Origin: Terrimicrobiaceae bacterium
Lineage (GTDB): Bacteria > Verrucomicrobiota > Verrucomicrobiia > Chthoniobacterales > Terrimicrobiaceae
Direction: 5' to 3'
Length of the DNA: 64,000 nucleotides
Assembly: GCA_041752695.1 (NCBI GenBank)
Contig: JBGSVZ010000068.1
Coordinates: 1 to 64,000, forward strand
A model generated the notes under the pieces. That model made no database searches. It had not been told where the DNA came from and saw nothing but the letters and a program-made list of their open reading frames with translations. A program made the position numbers and the translations under genes. Below, in pieces: positions 9,244 through 17,706 of the stretch (within the stretch, counting starts at the first letter, position 1; each line of letters opens with the position of its first letter).

Positions 9244-10362
9244 TTATCCGCGATATGCCGAATTATTTCCGTAGGGAGCCTCGAGCGCCGCAGCGTAGTC
9301 GAAAGGAAATTGATCACTTAGCCACAGCCATCCCGTCCCGTTGGCATTCCCTCCGTACTTGGGATGTGAAAACGCTCCGGTCCAAACATGCCGCCTCAGA
9401 AGAAAGAGAAAATAGCCGGGATTGTCATACAATTTGTAGTCCCAATCAGCCACGGTATTCCCGCTCGACATCTGATGATAGAGATCAACATAGCGGTGCT
9501 CCGGAATGTCGCGCGGCTCCAGGAAAGGTTCGCGACTGCGCAGGATCCGGTTGATTTGCGCCAGACACGTCTTATACGAAGAAAGGTGATGCCGCTCCTC
9601 TCGCGCCAAAAGCTTGTCGATATAATTCGACACGCCAATGCTGTGATCGAATTTATGGAGTTGGGCGCTTAATGGCTGGGCTGCTCCGCTTCCCGGGCGA
9701 AGTTGAAAAAGTTCCCCCTCACGAGAATTGAACGGCAGGATATGACTCGTGAGACGGCGTAAAATGGTTCTCTCCCAAGGCTCGAAAAGCACAGGCCTGC
9801 TGCAGTTCAATGTGAAGAAAACCGAGACCTCCTCCCCATTCGGGAGTTGCTGTCGTTGAGGGTTTATTGTATCGGGCTGCACCTGCCCGTTCACTACGAA
9901 GCAGTAGTTGTAGAGCCGGCCGGCCGGCAGCAGCACCGTCACCGCGAGATAACAGGAATCCTCGATCTGCGGTAACTCCAACGAACGCAAATTCGGATAA
10001 GGAAGGCCCGTTAGCTTAACTGTTGGAACAGAAGACGTTCCATTATGTCGATAGATAAATGTGACCTTATTCCAGCGAACATTTTCGTCGGCAGATTCCA
10101 AAATGCTGAAAAATGGTTCCACAACGGGAAAACGCCAAGCCTCGGCGTGACGTCCTGACTCCCCAGGCGCTGTTCCTCCCAAATAGTCGTGTCGGCGACT
10201 GGTGTTCCCGGACTCTGTCCACTCTCCAGAATCACGAGCCAAAAACTTAGTGGATAGGCTATAGATACCTTCCGCGTAGCTTCGTCGCTCCGCCTCCGTC
10301 GAACTCAAAATGACATCTGCCTTTAGCATAGACGCACAATCCCCCTGAACTACGCGGCGCAT
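9244..10362 (-). CDS. CBM48/E-set-like domain fused to a gluconate 2-dehydrogenase subunit 3-like domain
   Basis: The middle VTFIY...VKLTG...VTVLLPAGRLYNYCFVVNGQVQPDTINP resembles a glycogen-binding E-set domain. C-terminal FLFLLRRHVWTGAFSHPKYGGNANGTGW matches the subunit-3 signature. It sits directly upstream of the GMC gene. The start may be ATG 10329. Confidence 0.8.
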   Translation of the reverse strand: MRRVVQGDCASMLKADVILSSTEAERRSYAEGIYSLSTKFLARDSGEWTESGNTSRRHDYLGGTAPGESGRHAEAWRFPVVEPFFSILESADENVRWNKVTFIYRHNGTSSVPTVKLTGLPYPNLRSLELPQIEDSCYLAVTVLLPAGRLYNYCFVVNGQVQPDTINPQRQQLPNGEEVSVFFTLNCSRPVLFEPWERTILRRLTSHILPFNSREGELFQLRPGSGAAQPLSAQLHKFDHSIGVSNYIDKLLAREERHHLSSYKTCLAQINRILRSREPFLEPRDIPEHRYVDLYHQMSSGNTVADWDYKLYDNPGYFLFLLRRHVWTGAFSHPKYGGNANGTGWLWLSDQFPFDYAAALEAPYGNNSAYRG

Positions 10363-10610
10363 ACTGCTTTCCCACTAGAATAAGTCAAGAAACCTGCCCA
10401 AAAAAGACGAAAACGTTTCAAAGTTTCCACCACGAGTTTTGAGAAGAACTGGAGCCCAAATTCCATAAATCACTCATCATTAGGAAAATAACCCGTGTTC
10501 TACGGTTTTGCAGTCTGCAAAAATTCTTTCGCAGGAAGGTGCTGTTTTTGGTTTGATGTCGTGCCTAAAAGGCGCGGTATCGAAGCTGAGCGCGCCGGGA
10601 ATATCCGCAC

Positions 10611-11330
10611 ATGTTTTGGCGGACAAAGCGCAGCCGGGTTGGAGGGGAAGCGGACAAACGGGGCGAATATCAGCGAAGAGACGTCAGGCGCATGGTGGGC
10701 AGATTTATAGGCCATTTCACCTGTCCGATCACCGAGATCTCCAATGCCGCGATTAATGACTGGCTGCGCGGTTTGGATGTGGCCGGACGCACTCGCGACA
10801 ATTACCGCGACGCCGGGGCGGACAATGAGGTGTTTTCGGTTGAAGAGGCGGAGAAACTTTTGCGGGGCGCCCCGGAGCGTCTGATTCCTTCCCTTGCCTT
10901 GAAGCTTTTCTCGGGTCTCCGAACCGAGGAAATGTTGCTGATCCGATGGGAGGACATCAAATTCGACCAGGACGTGATTTTCTTGACGAAGGATATCACC
11001 AAAACGAAGAAGCGCCGACTTCCCCCGCTCCTGCCGAATCTAAAGCAGTGGCTGCTCCCTTACGCGCAATCCACGGGGACGATTGCGGAACGATGGAGTT
11101 CCGCCCAGACGCTCTCACGAAGTTGGACTCGCCGGGCTGACGAGGTGGGCGTGGAATACAAAAAGAACGCCATGCGGAATTCCTACGTTTCGTATCGCTT
11201 GGCAATCGTCAAAGACATTGCGCAAGTCGCTCTGGAATCCGGGAACAGTCCGGGCGTCCTCCAGGAGAACTACTTGGAGTTGGTGACGGAGCCGGAAGCG
11301 AAAAGATGGTTCTCAATCACGCCGGATTGA
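10611..11330 (+). pseudogene. Tyrosine recombinase/integrase, truncated and internally deleted
   Basis: Catalytic-domain motifs LFSGLRTEE, KTKKRR, NAMRNSYVSY and GNSPGVLQENY. The core-binding region is abnormally short (RTRDNYR joins directly to NEVFSVEE) and there is no credible N-terminus. Confidence 0.7.
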
Positions 11331-11878
11331 TCAGTCCAGTCATCGCCTGGGCGTTGATTTGAGATTGAAACGTTGACGGAGCAATGCCAGTTCGATGCCG
11401 CGATCATCAATCGGTGAATTGGCTGAAACGCGGGTGGAAGGTGGGAGAAAATACTTTTGGCGCGCAACGGTCCATTTCCTGACCGTGCTCGGGGAAGCAT
11501 CGCAATCGCCCGAGTGACCGTCTGTGGTTGAGTGGGCCTTCTCTTGGCTTTCACTTGGCGTTCAATCTGAGTCAGTTCCTCGGCGAATTGGTCGTCGAAT
11601 CGTTTCTCAGCATCGGAAATGCTGGATCGGTTCCACGCTTTTGGCACGGGAAGAGTCCGCGGAAACCCTGCGCGGAGGAGCGCATAGAGAAGGTGGCATA
11701 CCGTTGTAATGTAATTCTCGGGTCGGTCCGGATTGTGCCTGCGAGCGAGAGATAAAATCTGGAATGCCGCACAGGCCGCCGCACGAATCGCCCATTCCTC
11801 GTTCCTTGTTCTGACGGGAAGCGCGGTCTGGGTGACACTACTTTGGGCTGGTTTTCGGCGTTTGGTCGATTTTGTCAC
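11270..11878 (-). CDS. Hypothetical protein within the integrative-element remnant
   Basis: 202-aa ORF between integrase and excisionase with no recognisable motif. Its 3' end overlaps the integrase, so it may be degraded. Confidence 0.35.
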   Translation of the reverse strand: MTKSTKRRKPAQSSVTQTALPVRTRNEEWAIRAAACAAFQILSLARRHNPDRPENYITTVCHLLYALLRAGFPRTLPVPKAWNRSSISDAEKRFDDQFAEELTQIERQVKAKRRPTQPQTVTRAIAMLPRARSGNGPLRAKSIFSHLPPAFQPIHRLMIAASNWHCSVNVSISNQRPGDDWTDQSGVIENHLFASGSVTNSK

Positions 11879-12072
11879 GCATTCAGCTTACCTCAACTTT
11901 GCCGAAATGAGTAGAGGGCAACGGGTGGACAAAGCCATGGAGGGGGTTGCGGCAATGGGAGTTACCGTCGATTCCATTGCTTGTGAAAGGTGGTGGACAG
12001 AACATAAGTGCAAGCGGAGAGGCGAAGATACCGCTCCCAGCGACTCCTGTGGCGCTTCGTGCTTCTGCTCCA

Positions 12073-12270
12073 ATGGACGAGCTTTGGACGATTGACGACA
12101 TCGTGCGATACACCAAACTTTCACTGCGGAAGATCCAGTACGATGTGACCGCTGGTGCGATTTCCTGCTGTAAATTCGGCAGGTCGCTTCGGTTCAAACC
12201 CGAAGACGTTTCTGCCTACGTGGAGTCGCGGCGCATCAGTCGTCGCAACCACACTATTGGCCGCAAGTAA
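12073..12270 (+). CDS. Excisionase-like helix-turn-helix DNA-binding protein (HTH_17 type)
   Basis: MDELWTIDDIVRYTKLSLRKIQYDVTAGAISCCKFGRSLRFKPEDVSAYVE follows the excisionase pattern and lies near the integrase. Confidence 0.8.
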   Translation: MDELWTIDDIVRYTKLSLRKIQYDVTAGAISCCKFGRSLRFKPEDVSAYVESRRISRRNHTIGRK

Positions 12271-12393
12271 TCCCCGAAACGCAGCATTGAAGAAGGCGAC
12301 GCGCGAATGAAACCTCCTGCCGCGCATGAGGAGGAGGCCAGTGAAAGCCTATCTGGCAGCACCATCGACCCGCTAGAACCGAGTGAAGTGCCT

Positions 12394-12999
12394 TTATTGT
12401 AAAAATCGCATCCGTGCCCGACTGCGAACATCATGGACGATCTTTTCGAGCTCGCTTCGCGAGCATCCCATCGCGCGCCCAATTGCGCTCGTCGTAGGAT
12501 TTTCGTCCGTAGAAATCAATCCTTCGAGAGCCTCAAGGAGGCGTGCTCCGTCTTCATGCTGTTTCATCCAGTTGGTGACAATCGCACACTCGTCGCGCAG
12601 GCAAAGATCGGCCGCAGGGCTGGAGAATGGCAGAGCGTCGAGTTCCTGCGGTTCAAAATCGTGCAGGCCGCGCCGGGTTCGCAATTCGTGTTTGCGGGCC
12701 GACGAACGAATCCAGTTCGTGGTGCAATCCGCGTCGGAAATCTGCTCGACATCGCCGAGCATTTTCCAAACGGCATCTGGAATATCCGCCCCCTTCGCGC
12801 TCACCGACCTCGCCCGCGCGTTCCCGTTAGTGCTTCCCAGCAATGTCGTCGAGGGCGTTCTGCGCGCTGCATCGGCCAAAGAGAAGCGAGTTCCGATCAA
12901 CAAATTGATCGAAAGCATCTGCAAGTCTCTACTCGCTTTGGACCAGGCAGGGAACGAATCGAAGAGTTTTTGAAACAAGCGCGCGTCATATTGACGCAC
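12394..12999 (-). CDS. Hypothetical protein with C-terminal HTH (sigma factor region 4-like)
   Basis: C-terminus TTSAIGRAMGCSRSELEKIVHDVRSRAR resembles a sigma-4 HTH; the rest is unrecognised. Confidence 0.4.
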   Translation of the reverse strand: MRQYDARLFQKLFDSFPAWSKASRDLQMLSINLLIGTRFSLADAARRTPSTTLLGSTNGNARARSVSAKGADIPDAVWKMLGDVEQISDADCTTNWIRSSARKHELRTRRGLHDFEPQELDALPFSSPAADLCLRDECAIVTNWMKQHEDGARLLEALEGLISTDENPTTSAIGRAMGCSRSELEKIVHDVRSRARMRFLQ

Positions 13000-13379
13000 T
13001 TTCGTGCTTGTTTATATGTTTTTCAGCAGAGGCATCACGGCGCTTCAAACAAAGTGATCTTTCCGGTGGCTCAGTGCCGCGCCGGGTCGTGCTGCTCCTG
13101 GAAGCATCGAGGTGGGGCCGCCCGGCGATATGCGTGACCCTCCACTCTTGGCGCATCCATGGGGTTGTCACCAATGGAGCGCCGCCAAAGCTCATACAGC
13201 GGATGCTGAAGGGCCACGCAGTGCGGGAAATACAGGCTGATCAAATCAACGTCCCGTTCCAACAGATGCCGAGATTGCTTCGCAAAGCGGGAAAACATCC
13301 GCGGAATCGGGGATTGCCGAGGGTCGGCCCCGGCGGAATCTTCTGGGGAGATGGTTTTATCTTCCCCCCCTGAACTGCG

Positions 13380-16300
13380 ATGAGGAAACCTGCTGCATCT
13401 TGGGCGAGAAGCTCGTCCGTCGGGCTCGGAGGAGCTAAAAATCTTTCGGCGACCTTCCGCGTTCTGCTTCTGGCATTCGCCCTGCCAATTTTGTGCGCGC
13501 CATTTTCCGTCAATGCTGAACTCGCGCCTCGCGAAGTGCCGGGGTTGCAGGGTGCGACAAAGATTCCCTTCACCATGCCGCTCGACGGCACCGCCTCGAT
13601 TGCCATCTATAGCAAAGACGGCCGCCAGCTCCGGACGCTGGCGCAGAATGTTCCGCTCAACAAGGGTGAATACGTGGCCCGCTGGGACGGAATGGATCTT
13701 TGGGGCAATGTCCTGCCCGCGGGGACGGACGTGGTGGTCAAAGTGTTCTCCGGTCCCGGGTTGCGCGCGAAGTGGGAGTTCGGAATTGCCTCCCCCAACC
13801 CGATTCCGTGGCCGACGAAATCCTTCGGCGAAGGAGAGGCGATGCGGGCGGGCGGATGGCTGGGCGACCACGGGGTTTCGTCTGCCGCCGTCGCAGTGGG
13901 AGATCGCATTTTCTTCGGATCCACCATGGCGGAGAACGGGCACACCGTAATTTTCACCAATTTGGAAGGGCAAAAAATGTGGGGCCGCGGCGGACTGGAG
14001 GGCTGGGTCGGGCCCCGCCTTCTCACCTCCGACGGAAAGGCGGTGTATGGAGTAGTGAAAGACAATCATCTGCACAGGATCGAACTCGATGGCTCCAAAT
14101 CGGCGCAGATTGCCGACACGAAGGCGGACAAGATTGTCGGCGTTGCGGCCCATGACGGGAAGGTCGTTCTCACCTTAAAGAATCACGAGGCAACGGCTTC
14201 GCTGGTGGAGCCGGTGATCAATGGGCCGCGCGATTTTGACTTTGCCAACTGCCTGCCGAAACCGGATGGATCCAAGGCTTACAACCGCAACCTCACGGGG
14301 GAGGAGCAGTTTGCGAGTACGTTTTACGATGGAGGCCATCCCCAGACCGGCATCATTCCGGCTGGTTCGGGTCCGGCGGCGGGCATCGTGGCGAAGTTCA
14401 AAAAGCCCGTGGAGATCGGCACCCTTCTGGTCGAACGCCTGGACGTCCCCGCCAGTGCGGAATTTTATGCGCTTTCCCCGGGCGCGAATTTTGTCGCTCC
14501 GGTGCCCGGTGCCGTCCCGGGACCGGACTGGCAGTTGGTGGGAAAGAGTGATCTGGCCCGGCGGCTTAGTGTCGTGGCGGCCTCCAAGGAAGGCGTGAGC
14601 ACGGAGGCGCTTTATATCCGCCTCCTGGCCCGTGACGGAAAGGGTCCGGAAAAGTGGCCGCGCTTCGGCATGTGTCGGATTCTTCCGCGCCGATTGGACC
14701 GCACCGACGCCGGGGCGACTGTCGTGGTTCCTCCTGGAGTCAAAGAGGGTGAAAAAAGCACGAGGGTGGCGCCGGGAGATCTGGCCTGGTCGTTCCGGCC
14801 GCCGGAACCGATGACTGAGGCCACGCCTTCCATTGTGGTGCTGGACTTGAAGCAGGACACCACCTTTGACGCCATGGTTTTGTTGAATTGCGTGAACAAT
14901 TCGTATGCCATTGATGCGTGGACCGGCGGCCCCGGCACACCCGAGGCCAACGCGGAAAAGGGCTGGACCGAACTCACGGTTTTCACCAGCGCGCGCGACA
15001 GTCTGGGCGGTTCGGCCGCGGCACCGCCGAACAGTAATGATCAGCGTACCAGCTTTGACCGCACGGTCACCACACGGGCCCTCCGCCTGCGGCTGCTCGA
15101 GGGGATGGGACCGAGCCGGTGGGGTGTGCCGATGAACACGTCCGACGCTTCCCGCACCGAGGCGGCTGATATCGCCCTGCTGAAGTTGGCAGCAAAACGG
15201 CCTCAGCTCCCCCCGATGATTCTCCAGGTCCGTGATGGCACGTCCGGCGAGGTGACTCTGGAGTCCCGTGACCCCTCGGTGGCCATGGATGCGATGGCCT
15301 ATGATTCCTCCGGGACGCTGTATTCGGTCTCTGACGGCAAGCTGTTTCGAACCACTCTGCCTGCAACGGCCAACGGTCCAGCCCGCCATACCCTGCTCCA
15401 CGAGGGGGAACTCAAGAGTCCGACCTGCCTCGGGGTCTCTCCCGATGGCAACCGCATCGCGGTGGGCGACCCGGGCGCCCAGACCGTTTTTGTTTTCGAC
15501 AAAAGCGGCAAGATCGTCACGCGGATCGGGGGTATTGGTCCGCGCAAGAAGGGGCCTTGGAATCCGCTGACGGTGGAGCGCCCATGCGCCGTTACGATCG
15601 ATGCCGCCGGCAAAATCTGGGTTTGCGAGGCGACCTACTCCCCGAAGCGCATCACGCGATATTCAGCCGACGGAAAATTCGAGAAGGAGATGCTCGGGCC
15701 GCCGCACTACGGAGGCGGTGGCGCGCTGGATCCGAACCTGAAAAGCTTTTGGTATGAGGCCGGTGAATACGAAATCGATTTTGCCAAGGGCACGTCGAGG
15801 CTGAAAAATCTCAACGACGTCCAGTCCGATCCCGACACCCCCACTTTCGACGGAAGCAGCTACAGCTATACCAAGATTGGCAGGCCTGTTTACTTCAACG
15901 GCCACCGCTACATCGTGGGGGATACCGGCGGACAGTATAACCCGGGTTTTGCAGTTTGCCTTTATGACGAGGGTCAGACGACATGGAAGCCGGCGGCCGT
16001 GATGGGCAGTGCGCAGGGTTCGGTTTTTCTCACGCGGGCCGACAAACCGTGGCGGCTGCACTGGCTCCGCCAGGATTTGAGCGATTCGTCGTTCATCTGG
16101 TGCGACCTCAATGACGACGGCAAATACCAGATTGAGGAGGTGCAACTCTTCAAAAACTCCGAAGTCGCTCCCAACGTGAAACCCTTCGCCGGTTCCTACT
16201 GGGGATCGATGTGCGGCCCGGATCTGACATTTTGGGGAAACACCCGTCTGGCCCCCTCGCGCTTCACCGCCCAGGGCGTGCCGATTTATGAGAAGGCAAA

Positions 16301-17663
16301 GATCCAGCCTTTCGACTACAAAGCACTCGCCCCTGTGACCATGGCGAATTACATCGCGAACCAGTCGGCGACGAGCGGTTTTAATGCTGCCTCCATGGTG
16401 GCACGCGATGGCTCTCTGGTGATGATGGGACAACCCTATCTGGTGAAGCCGGACCTCACTATCAAGGGCGGCCCGGTCACGGAAAAGCCCAGCGACTTTG
16501 TCCCGAAAATCGCCGGCACGATCATCGACAACCCGCTCTCGTTTGTCGGAGCCGCTGAAACAAAGTCCCCAGTGGGAGAGGTGGCAATGATCAACGGCAA
16601 CAACGGTCGATGGTTCCTTTGGTCAGTGCAGGACAGCGTGGTTCTTGGCGAAATTTTCACGGGAAAAAACGGCGGGTTTGGCGGTATCACCGACGCACCC
16701 CGCGGGCTCGACATCACGGACAACAAGCAGGACTGGGAAACCTTTTTTGGGTATTTCACGCGAGCGAATGACGGCAACTACTACGCGGTCGCCGGTCGCG
16801 GTTCCTTCGGCCTCACACGGGTCGAAGGCATTGACGAGATCCAGGTTTCGTCGCAGCCCTTGCAAATCACCTCCGACGTTTTTGCGCAGAACACCGCGCT
16901 CCGCCCCCAGATTGTGGCGCTGGCCGCTAAGGGGGGGAAACGCGAAAAGCGGGAGTTCAAGCTTGAGCCCGCCACGGCCCGTATTCCCGCTTTCAAGCTT
17001 GATGGGGATCTGGCGGATTGGGGGGATCCCGCGAAGTTTCGCAAGATTTCCGAGGACGGTGCCCTCGCTTTCGACGCCGCGTGGGATGCGACGAATCTGA
17101 CTCTGGCCTATCGGGGAATGAGCGGCACAGGAAATTCCGGACAGGACTGGCGCTACATCTTTAAGACGGGCTTCAGCTTTGACGTGATGATCCGCGCGGA
17201 TGGTGCGCAGCGCGACGGAGGGGCGTCACCCGGCGACAAGCGGGTGGTTTTTGCCCCGCACAAAGGCAAGTGGATTGCGGTGCTTTACGACTATGTGGCT
17301 CCAGGAGCCAGGCCGGAGGAGGGCGTGGACTACACCTCGCCGGTGACCAGCACACGGGTCGATCGCGTCGTGTTGCTGCCGGAAAGCGCGGTCAAAATCG
17401 CCTTCCGGCGGGCGGCGGGTGCTGTGGATGCGGCGGGTGCATGGTCCGCCGAAGTTCAGGTGCCGTGGAAAGTGCTAGGGGTGAATCCGGCGGCTGGACA
17501 GAAGATCACCATGGACTTTGGCATTCTCTCGCCGGACAGCGGTGGACTCCAGGCCGACAAGCGGAGTTATTGGAGCGATCCGGATACCGGGCACGTCGCT
17601 GATCTGGCCGTGGAGGCGCAGATTCGCCCGGGCAACTGGGGGACGGTTACGGTCTCGCCGTAA
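13380..17663 (+). CDS. Large secreted multidomain protein: FlgD-Ig-like, beta-propeller (NHL/PQQ-like), C-terminal CBM9-like domain
   Basis: Signal-like N-terminus. SIAIYSKDGRQLRTL...RWDGMDLWGNVLPAG (FlgD-Ig). PCAVTIDAAGKIWVCE (NHL). LDGDLADW...WSAEVQVPWKVLG...PGNWG (CBM9-like). Confidence 0.85.
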   Translation: MRKPAASWARSSSVGLGGAKNLSATFRVLLLAFALPILCAPFSVNAELAPREVPGLQGATKIPFTMPLDGTASIAIYSKDGRQLRTLAQNVPLNKGEYVARWDGMDLWGNVLPAGTDVVVKVFSGPGLRAKWEFGIASPNPIPWPTKSFGEGEAMRAGGWLGDHGVSSAAVAVGDRIFFGSTMAENGHTVIFTNLEGQKMWGRGGLEGWVGPRLLTSDGKAVYGVVKDNHLHRIELDGSKSAQIADTKADKIVGVAAHDGKVVLTLKNHEATASLVEPVINGPRDFDFANCLPKPDGSKAYNRNLTGEEQFASTFYDGGHPQTGIIPAGSGPAAGIVAKFKKPVEIGTLLVERLDVPASAEFYALSPGANFVAPVPGAVPGPDWQLVGKSDLARRLSVVAASKEGVSTEALYIRLLARDGKGPEKWPRFGMCRILPRRLDRTDAGATVVVPPGVKEGEKSTRVAPGDLAWSFRPPEPMTEATPSIVVLDLKQDTTFDAMVLLNCVNNSYAIDAWTGGPGTPEANAEKGWTELTVFTSARDSLGGSAAAPPNSNDQRTSFDRTVTTRALRLRLLEGMGPSRWGVPMNTSDASRTEAADIALLKLAAKRPQLPPMILQVRDGTSGEVTLESRDPSVAMDAMAYDSSGTLYSVSDGKLFRTTLPATANGPARHTLLHEGELKSPTCLGVSPDGNRIAVGDPGAQTVFVFDKSGKIVTRIGGIGPRKKGPWNPLTVERPCAVTIDAAGKIWVCEATYSPKRITRYSADGKFEKEMLGPPHYGGGGALDPNLKSFWYEAGEYEIDFAKGTSRLKNLNDVQSDPDTPTFDGSSYSYTKIGRPVYFNGHRYIVGDTGGQYNPGFAVCLYDEGQTTWKPAAVMGSAQGSVFLTRADKPWRLHWLRQDLSDSSFIWCDLNDDGKYQIEEVQLFKNSEVAPNVKPFAGSYWGSMCGPDLTFWGNTRLAPSRFTAQGVPIYEKAKIQPFDYKALAPVTMANYIANQSATSGFNAASMVARDGSLVMMGQPYLVKPDLTIKGGPVTEKPSDFVPKIAGTIIDNPLSFVGAAETKSPVGEVAMINGNNGRWFLWSVQDSVVLGEIFTGKNGGFGGITDAPRGLDITDNKQDWETFFGYFTRANDGNYYAVAGRGSFGLTRVEGIDEIQVSSQPLQITSDVFAQNTALRPQIVALAAKGGKREKREFKLEPATARIPAFKLDGDLADWGDPAKFRKISEDGALAFDAAWDATNLTLAYRGMSGTGNSGQDWRYIFKTGFSFDVMIRADGAQRDGGASPGDKRVVFAPHKGKWIAVLYDYVAPGARPEEGVDYTSPVTSTRVDRVVLLPESAVKIAFRRAAGAVDAAGAWSAEVQVPWKVLGVNPAAGQKITMDFGILSPDSGGLQADKRSYWSDPDTGHVADLAVEAQIRPGNWGTVTVSP

Positions 17664-17706
17664 GTCCACCTGTCGACGTCTTTGCCATCGATGCTCTAAG
17701 TTATTC

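Noticed and set aside
13071..14153. 360-aa minus-strand ORF, tail vaguely dioxygenase-like
   Set aside because: Mostly antisense to the 1427-aa gene; no convincing catalytic motif in the tail.
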